Positions 19,962 through 28,485 of a stretch of DNA of 64,000 nucleotides are shown here, piece by piece. The notes below the pieces were generated by a model. That model was not told the DNA's origin. It searched no databases and saw nothing but the letters and a program-made list of their open reading frames with translations. This DNA comes from an uncultured bacterium (lineage in GTDB: Bacteria; Acidobacteriota; Aminicenantia; Aminicenantales; CALLJL01). Where the stretch lies: positions 172,724 through 236,723 of the forward strand of contig CALLJL010000003.1 of the NCBI GenBank assembly GCA_938092135.1, written 5' to 3'. Within the stretch, counting starts at the first letter, position 1; each line of letters begins with the position of its first letter. A program made the position numbers and the translations under genes.

Positions 19962-19990
19962 TTGACAATTCTATTATTTTTTTCTAATTT
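19962..19990 (+). promoter_or_regulatory. Possible sigma70 promoter for the PKD-domain protein
   Basis: TTGACA-17 nt-TAATTT, then a GGAGGT RBS before the ATG at 20052. Confidence 0.45.
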
Positions 19991-20051
19991 AAAATTGAAC
20001 TCTGTCAATAAAAATAATCAGATATATACTTAAAATTAAAGGAGGTAATCA

Positions 20052-21509
20052 ATGCAAAAAAGAGCGTTTATTTGTCTGATGATCGTCAGCCTGCTGTTTT
20101 TATCCTCTATCTCGTTAGCTCAAACTAAAAAATTGACTTCCGTTGGCCGTTACACCTTTGTTCGCATAAGAGGAGTTGTGCCGACTCAAGAAGTAATGAA
20201 GCGTCTTGTCGACCTTTATGCGGGTGATATTAAATATGGTTTTGATTTAGCTGGTTACGGTGATCTCTATCTCCCCTTCATGGAGCAACTAAAGACTTCC
20301 CAATTCGAAGAGAAGTCTTTACCGGTTGGTGATAAATTGATGTGGATGCTTTTCCGCTCCCAGGGAAAAATAAAAATAGTTAAAGACTTAGAATGGGCTG
20401 GGAAAAAGCCCCTGGATGTTTTTGCCTTCTATGTAATCAAGGATTGGAAAAAGTATGAATTTATAATGCCAAGACCATGCGGTAATATTTCTCTTCGTAA
20501 AATTGAAGAGGTTGCCCCTCCTGAGGCTGTCTGTAGTCTGACTGTAACTCCGTCGAAAGTAAACATAAAGGACAGTGTGGTTATCGATATGAGCGGAAGT
20601 CAAAACGCTAAAGCCATGATGGTCGATGTTTTCGGGCCTGACGGAGTTAAAATAATCACTCACAAGCTCACTCCCGATAACGCTAAGATAACAATGACTC
20701 TGGATAAACCTGGTGATTATCGTTTTCAGGGTATAGCCATTAATTTGGCCGATAAACCATCGACCAATCCTTGTGAAGCCAAAGTTCATGTCAATTACCC
20801 GCCCGTTTGTAAAATAGCTGTTCCCTGCGTTACCTGCGTTAATTATGTGGGCAAACCAATAACTTTTGATGCTTCCGAGTCGACTGATCCTGATGGTGAG
20901 GTTGTTAGGGTCGATTTTGAGCTTCTGGATAAAAGTGGTCAAGTTATTGATAAATTTACCTCCACAGGTAAGCCCTTTACTTGGACAAAGACTTTTTCAA
21001 AGGGTGGGACATTTACCATCACGGCTATAGCAACAGACGACTTTGGCGCTGTTTCTGAACAGTGCCGGACGAGCTTTGAAGTAACTCCAAAGAGAAGTTT
21101 CTTTGTAGCTGAAGGTGGCCCTCTTTTTGCAAAAGGAAGCCATGGCCCCTATTTCTTTGGTCGTCTCGGTTTTCTTTACAGGCTGATCCCCAATCCCCTT
21201 GATTTACTTATTAGCGCCGGTCCGGGCATTGCTCTAAAAGGTGATCCCTGGAAGTCCTTCCTCATGGGCAATATCCTTCTCCTTTATCACCAGGGACCAG
21301 CCTTCTTTGGTGGCGGCTTTGGTTTCTCCACTAAATCAAGAGAAGATCAGAAAGGTTCCTTGGAACTGGTGGGTGAATTAGGTGTGAACGTTTTTAATTA
21401 TTATACATCAGCTGGGTCTCTCTTCTTTGAAGCTAGGGGAGCTTTAGGTGAAGACCGTTCATTCTCCAAAAATCATAAATTCTTGCTCGGTTTTCGTCTC
21501 CTTTTCTAA
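20052..21509 (+). CDS. Secreted PKD/Ig-like domain protein with a probable C-terminal outer-membrane beta-barrel
   Basis: Signal peptide (ends SLA-Q). PKD signature TFDASESTDPDGEV...GTFTITAIATDDFGA. Amphipathic beta-strands ending FLLGFRLLF. Confidence 0.75.
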   Translation: MQKRAFICLMIVSLLFLSSISLAQTKKLTSVGRYTFVRIRGVVPTQEVMKRLVDLYAGDIKYGFDLAGYGDLYLPFMEQLKTSQFEEKSLPVGDKLMWMLFRSQGKIKIVKDLEWAGKKPLDVFAFYVIKDWKKYEFIMPRPCGNISLRKIEEVAPPEAVCSLTVTPSKVNIKDSVVIDMSGSQNAKAMMVDVFGPDGVKIITHKLTPDNAKITMTLDKPGDYRFQGIAINLADKPSTNPCEAKVHVNYPPVCKIAVPCVTCVNYVGKPITFDASESTDPDGEVVRVDFELLDKSGQVIDKFTSTGKPFTWTKTFSKGGTFTITAIATDDFGAVSEQCRTSFEVTPKRSFFVAEGGPLFAKGSHGPYFFGRLGFLYRLIPNPLDLLISAGPGIALKGDPWKSFLMGNILLLYHQGPAFFGGGFGFSTKSREDQKGSLELVGELGVNVFNYYTSAGSLFFEARGALGEDRSFSKNHKFLLGFRLLF

Positions 21510-21520
21510 GGCTAAAGATG

Positions 21521-21555
21521 AAAAAAGGCCGGTCCCCTAGGGGCCGGCCTTTTTT
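21521..21555. terminator. Bidirectional rho-independent terminator
   Basis: AAAAAAGGCCGGTCCCCTAGGGGCCGGCCTTTTTT: GC-rich hairpin flanked by A and T tracts, between convergent genes. Confidence 0.9.
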
Positions 21556-21604
21556 ATTTGTCCCTTTTATTTCTCAAAAGTCGAAATCTGTTTTATTTCG
21601 TTTT

Positions 21605-24600
21605 TTAAATTATAGGCCTATCAAGAGGATCAGGGCTAACAATCAGCTTTTTCGTTTCGACCTCCTTGCCATTTACGGTTAAGGTAATAAAATAAATGCC
21701 CGGCTCTGCTGTCGCTCCTCTTCCAGAACCCATGCCGGTCCCCATAAAAGTTCCTCTTTCACCAGCCGGCTGGGCTGTTCTTACGGAAAGGTTCCAGAAA
21801 ACCTTTTGAATTCCCTGACTTGTCCCTCCATTAAGCTCCTGAATAACCTTACCTTCAATGTCTTTGATAACAATGTTCACCTTATCAGCCTTATTTTTCA
21901 GATAATAATAAAAATTGGCTCCAACCGGAGGATTCTGCGCCCGGGCGGCCTCGCCATAGGTGCCGCCCCGGCGATCAAACATATTCCATTTAACAACTTC
22001 TTGGGGCTCAAAAAGATAAGCTTCCTTGCTGAAATTTTCAGCTTTAAATTCTTTAAGGGGGTAAATATCGGCAATATAAATTCCCCGACCATAGGTGCCA
22101 ATTACCAAATCGCGATCCCTTTTCTGGATGGCTAAATCCATAATGATGACATCAGGAGCCGTGGAGGAGAATTTAACCCAGTTTTTACCCTGATCAAAAG
22201 TGATATATATTCCATAATCAGTGGCGAGATAAAGAACATTGGGATTATGGGGATCCTCTTCAACGTCATTGACCGGACATTCCAGCCCACCACTTATATC
22301 CTCAAAAGTCTGACCTAAGTCGCGAGTCACATAGAGATAAGTTTTGTCTTCATTATGCGTCCGATAACCTGAATAGGCAACATAGCAGGTATTTTCGTCA
22401 AAGGCAGAAGGAACAACTCGAATCACCCAGCGATCATAGGGAATCCTAGCTCCCTTAAGGTCTTTTTTGGGTTGACCATTTTTATCGTAAAAACGAGCGG
22501 TAATATTAATCCAGGTGACACCGCCGTCAGGGCTCATCTGGAGATGGCCATCATCGGTCCCAGCCCAGAGAAGCCCGGGTTTTTTGGGTGATTCAGCAAA
22601 AGTATAAATGGTTGCGTACTGAAGGTTAGTCTTTTTAGAAAGCTCAATTTTCTCTTTTTCATTCTTCGAAAGGTCAGGACTTATCGTTTGCCAGGTTCCA
22701 GGCTCGCCTCTGGTTAAAGATCTATGGACGTATTGAGAACAGATATAGATAATTCCAGGATTATGTGGCGAGATAACAATAGGCGCGTTCCATTGATATC
22801 GCTGGGCTGGACGACCGGCCGCTATCTCTTCGGGAGTATTGCGACGGGACAGCCGGATTGTTTCTCCGTTCTTTAGATTCATCCGGCTTGAACTACCGAA
22901 CTGGCTTTCATAATAAATGAATTCATTATTCCAGTAATCCCTGACCACATAGAAGCCATCACCTGTGGGCAAATAGAGCCAGTCTGCCGGATAAACGCCA
23001 TTAGGATTGCGATTTCGGGAAGGCCCTATCCAGCACTCATTATCCTGCGTTCCTCCCATAACGTTATAAGGCATGGAATTATCCACAGCCACATCGTAAA
23101 ATTGCTGGGCGCTGATGGTTTCTTTCTGATGCCAGTGTTTCCCACCATCCCAGGTTTCGCTAAGGCCGCCGTCATTGCAGCTCAGGATGTGGTTAGGATT
23201 CTGAGGATCAATCCACAGGGCTCGATGGTCAACATGGGTTTTGAAGTTTCCATCCCAGCCCGAGGGCCGAAAGGTCTTACCTCCATCTTCGGAAATGGTT
23301 ACGTTGACGTCGCAGGCAAAGAGGCGATTTTCGTTGGTTTGATCAACATAGAGGCGGCCATAATAGCCGGCTTCTGATTGATTGATCACAGCACTGCCAC
23401 CCACAATTTTATATTCCGTCATTCGCTGCCATGTTTCTCCCTGGTCGGTCGATCGATAAATTATGCCTGATTTTTTTACTGGTTGCAGGTTACGAAAGGC
23501 ATCGGCATAGATAATCTCAAGGACATGGCGGTTAAGAACCTGATAGCGGCCTTTGGTATTTTCGGTTTCAGGCTCCTTTATCATTTTTTCAATTTCAGCT
23601 ATAGCCTCCATTAATTCTTTGTTTTTACCGTGAACTTTTCGGGCTACCTGATGAAGCTTGTTCAGGTCAGCCCCGATTTTTGAAAGGAAATCTTTATCCT
23701 GGATTAAATCATTTAGCTTGCGGACGAGGCTGGCTTCATCTTCCGCTTGAAGAGGAGTGAATTTAACAAGCTTAGCTATTTCAGGATGAATCTTGTAAAT
23801 CTTAAATTTATTAAAATAGAAATCATCCCGGAAAAGCTGTCCCTGGCGGAAATTAGCGGCGTTTTCCCGCTGATCATAGCCAAGGTTAACTTCTTCATCA
23901 ATCCGGGCATAAATAATATTAGGATTTTTTTCGAAAAGAGCTAAGCCAGTGCGGCCAAGGTCCATGTCGATGGGAAGGCCTGCCGTTAGCCTTTTCCAGG
24001 TTTTGCCGCCATCAGTGGTTTTATAAAGATGGTTGCCGGGCTGCCGATCGATGTAAGTCCAGGTCCGGCGGTAGGTCTTGTAGGCGGCGGCAATGACAAT
24101 ATCTGAATTACGGGGATCGATAACAAAATCAGCTACTCCTCTGTCTTTAACAGGAAAAATGTTTGTCCAAGTTTTGCCGCCATCAGTTGTTTTGAAGAGG
24201 CCGCGTTCACAGTCCATTTCATTATCATAAAGCTTACCTTCACAGGCGACATAAACAATGTCTGGATTCTGAAAATCAATCTCGATTTTTGGTATGAAAT
24301 AACTCTTGCTAAGTCCAATATGAGTCCAGGTTTTCCCGCCATCGGTAGATTTCCAGACACCATTACCATGAGCGGCTGAACGGGCATGAAGCGGTTCACC
24401 AGTTCCCAAATAAAGGATATTCGGATCAGAGGGGGCGATGGCTAAATAACCCATGCTCATATTACCGTATTTCTCAAAAATGGGTTCAAAGTGATAACCT
24501 CCGTCGACAGTTTTCCAAAGTCCGCCGCTAGCAGTCAAGACATAATAGGTTAAAGTTTGGCCACGAGGTACAGCTACATTGGTTATGCGACCGGAAAAAG

Positions 24601-24739
24601 ACCAAGGGCCGAGGTGACGCCAGTTAAACTGATCTAGGTCTCTTGTTTCTATAGGTAGCTTATCCTGGCCAAAAAGGGTAGAAATGAGAAGCAAAAAATA
24701 AATTGCCCAAAGAAACTTAAAAGGTTTTGATGATGGCAT
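21605..24739 (-). CDS. Secreted BNR/Asp-box (VPS10/sortilin-like) beta-propeller protein
   Basis: Signal peptide. Many S/T-x-D-G-G-x-T-W Asp-box repeats, WRHLGP...SGRI, GGTQDN, GDGF, LVIGTYGRG. C-terminal FlgD-like Ig domain. AGGAGG RBS. Confidence 0.88.
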   Translation of the reverse strand: MPSSKPFKFLWAIYFLLLISTLFGQDKLPIETRDLDQFNWRHLGPWSFSGRITNVAVPRGQTLTYYVLTASGGLWKTVDGGYHFEPIFEKYGNMSMGYLAIAPSDPNILYLGTGEPLHARSAAHGNGVWKSTDGGKTWTHIGLSKSYFIPKIEIDFQNPDIVYVACEGKLYDNEMDCERGLFKTTDGGKTWTNIFPVKDRGVADFVIDPRNSDIVIAAAYKTYRRTWTYIDRQPGNHLYKTTDGGKTWKRLTAGLPIDMDLGRTGLALFEKNPNIIYARIDEEVNLGYDQRENAANFRQGQLFRDDFYFNKFKIYKIHPEIAKLVKFTPLQAEDEASLVRKLNDLIQDKDFLSKIGADLNKLHQVARKVHGKNKELMEAIAEIEKMIKEPETENTKGRYQVLNRHVLEIIYADAFRNLQPVKKSGIIYRSTDQGETWQRMTEYKIVGGSAVINQSEAGYYGRLYVDQTNENRLFACDVNVTISEDGGKTFRPSGWDGNFKTHVDHRALWIDPQNPNHILSCNDGGLSETWDGGKHWHQKETISAQQFYDVAVDNSMPYNVMGGTQDNECWIGPSRNRNPNGVYPADWLYLPTGDGFYVVRDYWNNEFIYYESQFGSSSRMNLKNGETIRLSRRNTPEEIAAGRPAQRYQWNAPIVISPHNPGIIYICSQYVHRSLTRGEPGTWQTISPDLSKNEKEKIELSKKTNLQYATIYTFAESPKKPGLLWAGTDDGHLQMSPDGGVTWINITARFYDKNGQPKKDLKGARIPYDRWVIRVVPSAFDENTCYVAYSGYRTHNEDKTYLYVTRDLGQTFEDISGGLECPVNDVEEDPHNPNVLYLATDYGIYITFDQGKNWVKFSSTAPDVIIMDLAIQKRDRDLVIGTYGRGIYIADIYPLKEFKAENFSKEAYLFEPQEVVKWNMFDRRGGTYGEAARAQNPPVGANFYYYLKNKADKVNIVIKDIEGKVIQELNGGTSQGIQKVFWNLSVRTAQPAGERGTFMGTGMGSGRGATAEPGIYFITLTVNGKEVETKKLIVSPDPLDRPII

Positions 24740-24832
24740 GGAACCTCCTTGAAAAAATATAAGATGGCTTTATATCAAAAAAAGGCATGAATTTAAAGAT
24801 AAGATAATGATTCAAATGATAAAATTGGGGGT

Positions 24833-25261
24833 TTAGCTGATTAGACTGGCCAGAATACTATCAGGAAGGGAAATAACCTCAGCTTTTGAATTGACGGGCA
24901 CATGAACTGTATATCCCTGGGCAATGATTGTTGACCGATCAAGACTTAGCAATTGATAAGCAAAGACAATCTTTTTAGGCTTGGCCTCTCGGCAGGCTAC
25001 CTGGATTAAAAATCGGTCATCATAGCGAAGCGGCCGCCGGTAACGACAAAAAGCTTCAACAACGACCAGGACATAGCCTCTTTCTTCAATTTCTTTATAG
25101 CTAATACCTTTTTGACGACAGTATTCTGTCCGTCCTACTTCAAACCACTCAAAATAATGCTTGTTATGGGCCACTCCAAAGCGATCAACTTCGGAATAAC
25201 GAACTCTCCCCTCTATTTCGACTGGAAATTCAGGAACCTCAAGATAGTGATTAATCGACAA
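24833..25261 (-). CDS. Acyl-CoA thioesterase (YbgC/FadM, hotdog fold)
   Basis: RVRYSEVDRFGVAHNKHYFEWFEVGR motif. The start is probably the TTG at 25261 overlapping the upstream gene end, rather than 25336. Confidence 0.88.
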   Translation of the reverse strand: MSINHYLEVPEFPVEIEGRVRYSEVDRFGVAHNKHYFEWFEVGRTEYCRQKGISYKEIEERGYVLVVVEAFCRYRRPLRYDDRFLIQVACREAKPKKIVFAYQLLSLDRSTIIAQGYTVHVPVNSKAEVISLPDSILASLIS

Positions 25262-25541
25262 TTTTGCCGAGTTTAGAGAGTTCTTCGTTGTAGTATTTCC
25301 GATAGAGGATTTCCCATTCACGGCTGCCTTCTTCAATAGGTTTTTTCTGGGCTCTTATTTTTTCAACCGCTTTTTTATCCAGGGCTTCATAGAGTTTCAA
25401 TTCTTCCTCAATTGAACGGACAATCGATAGACGAATTTCATTAGGTTCATCGAGAAATTCAACCTGCTCACTTTTATGCAAATGATTGAGAATTAGGCGA
25501 GCCAAATAATTGATTTTTTCCCTGGACAAACGGTTGCTCAA
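25251..25541 (-). CDS. DUF507 family protein
   Basis: RLSREKINYLA...EEGSREWEILYRKYYNEEL pattern. Paralog of the adjacent ORF. Confidence 0.8.
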   Translation of the reverse strand: MSNRLSREKINYLARLILNHLHKSEQVEFLDEPNEIRLSIVRSIEEELKLYEALDKKAVEKIRAQKKPIEEGSREWEILYRKYYNEELSKLGKIVD

Positions 25542-25816
25542 AGGACGATATTCCTTTCTTTAGCCAGTTTATTTTTAATCATTCGAAACATTGTTTGATA
25601 TTCAATATTTTCCCGCCGGATCTTTTCCATATGTTTGCTCAGGATTTCTCGTACTTCCTGATCAAGCTGGTCTTCCTTAAGGAATTCTTCCTGAATAAGA
25701 TTGATGATTTCATCAACTAGCCTATTCTTATCATCAACTAGAATTTTCTCATCACGGATAAGGTTCCTGACAATAACCGAAGCCATATGTTCAATTTGAT
25801 TTCTATTTAGCCTCAT
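25538..25816 (-). CDS. DUF507 family protein
   Basis: MRLNRNQIEHMA...EDQLDQEVREIL...EYQTMFRMIKNKLAKERNIVL pattern. Confidence 0.82.
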   Translation of the reverse strand: MRLNRNQIEHMASVIVRNLIRDEKILVDDKNRLVDEIINLIQEEFLKEDQLDQEVREILSKHMEKIRRENIEYQTMFRMIKNKLAKERNIVL

Positions 25817-25930
25817 TCTGTATTTTAAAATACACTACAGGAGCTAAAAATTCAAGAACCTTAGGGTAAAAATCTCCCCATCAATTAAAAAGAGTTTAAA
25901 AAATAGTAACAGCTTGAGCTAAGAGGGGAT

Positions 25931-26851
25931 TTAAACGAGTAAGAAGGGAATAAAGTTTCCAGTTTTAGCCTCGGCGCGGGCAAACCCAAGAAATCGCCCA
26001 TCAAAACTAAAGAGACGGACGATTCTTTCTTTGGACGAACTTGAAGACTCTTCGGCTGGAGAGATAATGGTCAGAAGGGCTTGAGGGGGGATGATTTTCC
26101 CCTTAACCAAAGGTAAATTTAATTTTTCCGAAAGGATAGCCTTAGGAAGATCTTCCATTACCTTTTCCAATGGACAAATCAGGCTTTCAACTTGGCCATT
26201 CTTAAAGCTGTTCTCAATTTTTTCAGGGGAAAAAGCATTGTTAAGATGGAATGGGCCAATTGCCAAGCGGGTTAATTGGGCTAGATAGGCTCCACAGCCA
26301 GCCATCTGCCCAAGATCGTGAGCCAGGCTGCGAACGTAGGTTCCTGAACTGCAGAGAACTTCGAAGACAAAATCTGGTGGGTTGTATTCAATGAACTTAA
26401 ACCAATAAATTTTTACCTTGATCGGCTGAAGAGGAACTGTGCGCCCTCGCCGGGCTAGACGATAAAGGGGTTGTCCTTTATATTTTTTGGCTGAAAAAGG
26501 AGGCGGCAGCTGTTCAATTTCGCCTTCAAAGGATTTAATTATTTCCTTGAGTTCATTCTCTTGAGGGAAATTAGTCGAAGCGGGAGAGATAGGTTTTCCC
26601 GTAGCATCGTAGGTATCTGTTGCTTGACCGAAACGGATGGTGCCACGATAGGTCTTCGGCAACTTAGATAAAAAAGGAAAGAGCCGGGTAGCCCGACCAA
26701 TACCGATGAGAAGAAGACCTGTGGCTATAGGGTCAAGGGAGCCAAAATGGCCCACTCTCTTCCAACCTGTGAGGCGGCGCAAAAAATCGACGACATCATG
26801 AGAGGTCCAGCCTTGGGGCTTATCGACAGATAGAAGGGCATCAATAGACAT
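25931..26851 (-). CDS. truB: tRNA pseudouridine(55) synthase
   Basis: DKPQGWTSHDVV, GHFGSLDPIATG, QLPPPFSAKK, CSSGTYVRSLAHDLG. Confidence 0.96.
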   Translation of the reverse strand: MSIDALLSVDKPQGWTSHDVVDFLRRLTGWKRVGHFGSLDPIATGLLLIGIGRATRLFPFLSKLPKTYRGTIRFGQATDTYDATGKPISPASTNFPQENELKEIIKSFEGEIEQLPPPFSAKKYKGQPLYRLARRGRTVPLQPIKVKIYWFKFIEYNPPDFVFEVLCSSGTYVRSLAHDLGQMAGCGAYLAQLTRLAIGPFHLNNAFSPEKIENSFKNGQVESLICPLEKVMEDLPKAILSEKLNLPLVKGKIIPPQALLTIISPAEESSSSSKERIVRLFSFDGRFLGFARAEAKTGNFIPFLLV

Positions 26852-26870
26852 TTACCTTTCTTGCCCCATT

Positions 26871-27842
26871 TTATAGGGTTTTATTTTGAAGGAGCTTTTC
26901 TATTTTAAGGGGAATTTCCTGGATCAAGCATTCATAAGATCCATAGGCGGTAAAACCGGCGGCATGAACATGGCCTCCTCCGCCGAAACGCTCGGCAATG
27001 GCGGCAGCATTTATCTCTCCTTTTGAGCGCAGACTAATGCGAAAAGTTTGAGGATCTATTTCTTTGAAAAAGAGGACAAGATCAACCCCCCGAATAGACC
27101 GAGCTAACGTGGTAATATCTTCAGTATCAACCTCACTCAGCTTGAGACGTTCAAGGAAAGAGCGAAACATGGTGATAATGGCAATGTTGCCATTCGAATT
27201 CATTCTTAAGGTCGAAAGAACGAGACCAAGGAGCTTGATTTTTTCCGGCGAATAATTATTGAAAAGAAGCTCAGAAATTTTAGCTGGATTGGCTCCAGCT
27301 TCGACCAGATGGTGACAAACTAAGAATGTCCGGGCGTTCGTGTTCGAGAACTGAAAACCCCCGGTATCAGAAACAATGGCGCAATAAAGGTGGCTGGCTA
27401 TCGATGGGGTTATGTTAACTTTGAGGGACTGAAGGAGAGAAAAGACCATTTCGCCCACAGCAGAAGCTCGGGAATCGACCCAGTTTAGGTGAGCATAGTT
27501 AAAATTAGAATAATGGTGATCGATATTGATCAAGAAATAGTTGTCAAGATTCCTTTGGCCTGATCTTTCGATACTAGCACATTCAAGCAGGATAAGGCAA
27601 TCACATGGCTCTGGATAAATCTGGCCGATTCGAATTCTTTCGGCATCAGGGAAAAAATTGAAGGGAAAGGGGGTGGGGTCGTGATTAATGATTACGGCTT
27701 CCTTTCCCATGGCCTCGGCTGTTAAGGCCAGGGCCAAGGCCGTACAGATAGAATCACCATCAGGCCGAAGATGGGAACTAATGATGATTCGCCGGCTAGA
27801 AGCGATTTTGGCTGCCACCTGGTCGATAATTGATTCACTCAT
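26871..27842 (-). CDS. nrnA: DHH-family bifunctional oligoribonuclease/PAP phosphatase
   Basis: HLRPDGDS, IDHH, SDTGGF, GGGGHVHAAG. Confidence 0.92.
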   Translation of the reverse strand: MSESIIDQVAAKIASSRRIIISSHLRPDGDSICTALALALTAEAMGKEAVIINHDPTPFPFNFFPDAERIRIGQIYPEPCDCLILLECASIERSGQRNLDNYFLINIDHHYSNFNYAHLNWVDSRASAVGEMVFSLLQSLKVNITPSIASHLYCAIVSDTGGFQFSNTNARTFLVCHHLVEAGANPAKISELLFNNYSPEKIKLLGLVLSTLRMNSNGNIAIITMFRSFLERLKLSEVDTEDITTLARSIRGVDLVLFFKEIDPQTFRISLRSKGEINAAAIAERFGGGGHVHAAGFTAYGSYECLIQEIPLKIEKLLQNKTL

Positions 27843-28204
27843 TTTTCCCTTATTTTTTCCATCAGGAAGTCAATTTTTTGCTCATGTTCAGCTCGAGGAT
27901 CGAGTAAAAAAATTAGCTCTGGATTATACTTTAGATTTACCTCAGAAGCAAGAGTCTTACGGATAAATCCTTTTCTTTTTTCGAGGTAGGTAAGAATTTT
28001 TTTAGGGGAAACCGGACCAAAAATTCGAAAATAAACCTTAGCCACTTTTAAATCACCAGTCATTTCGATACTATTCACGGTAATAAAGGCTTCAGAGGAG
28101 AGGTGGAGATGACGACGGATAATTTCGCTTATAGCTGATTGAATGAGGCTTGCCACTCTTTCTTGACGCCTCGTCTTAACCATCCTAAGACTCTGTTCTC
28201 TCAA
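27839..28204 (-). CDS. rbfA: Ribosome-binding factor A
   Basis: RRQERVASLI, DLKVAKVY, KGFIRK, LKYNPELIF. The true start may be the ATG at 28183. Confidence 0.92.
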   Translation of the reverse strand: MREQSLRMVKTRRQERVASLIQSAISEIIRRHLHLSSEAFITVNSIEMTGDLKVAKVYFRIFGPVSPKKILTYLEKRKGFIRKTLASEVNLKYNPELIFLLDPRAEHEQKIDFLMEKIREK

Positions 28205-28482
28205 AGATGGACAATTTTTGAATGAATGATATGACCTTCAAGGCTGGTTTCGGCTTCATTAATAATTTTTTCAAGTGTCTGATCCACAATGCCTCGTTCA
28301 TTATTGACGGTGATGAAAGCCAGGGAAGCCAGCTGCCACTTGTCTTGATTAGCGACCTCAGCCAGAGCGACATTGAAGCGACGCCTAATTCTTTCTTTAA
28401 AGCTAGCTAAAGTCGCTCTTTTGTCTTTTAGAGAAGTGGCATGGGGGAAATGAATTTCAAGCAAAAGCAGGCCTATAACCAT
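28201..28482 (-). CDS. DUF503 (YlxP-like) protein
   Basis: SLKDKR...RFNVALAEVANQDKWQ, between infB and rbfA. Confidence 0.9.
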   Translation of the reverse strand: MVIGLLLLEIHFPHATSLKDKRATLASFKERIRRRFNVALAEVANQDKWQLASLAFITVNNERGIVDQTLEKIINEAETSLEGHIIHSKIVHL

Positions 28483-28485
28483 TTT

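Noticed and set aside
25262-25336. Extended N-terminus of the thioesterase overlapping DUF507 by 86 nt
   Set aside because: An in-frame TTG at 25261 gives a normal-length protein with a short coupled overlap.
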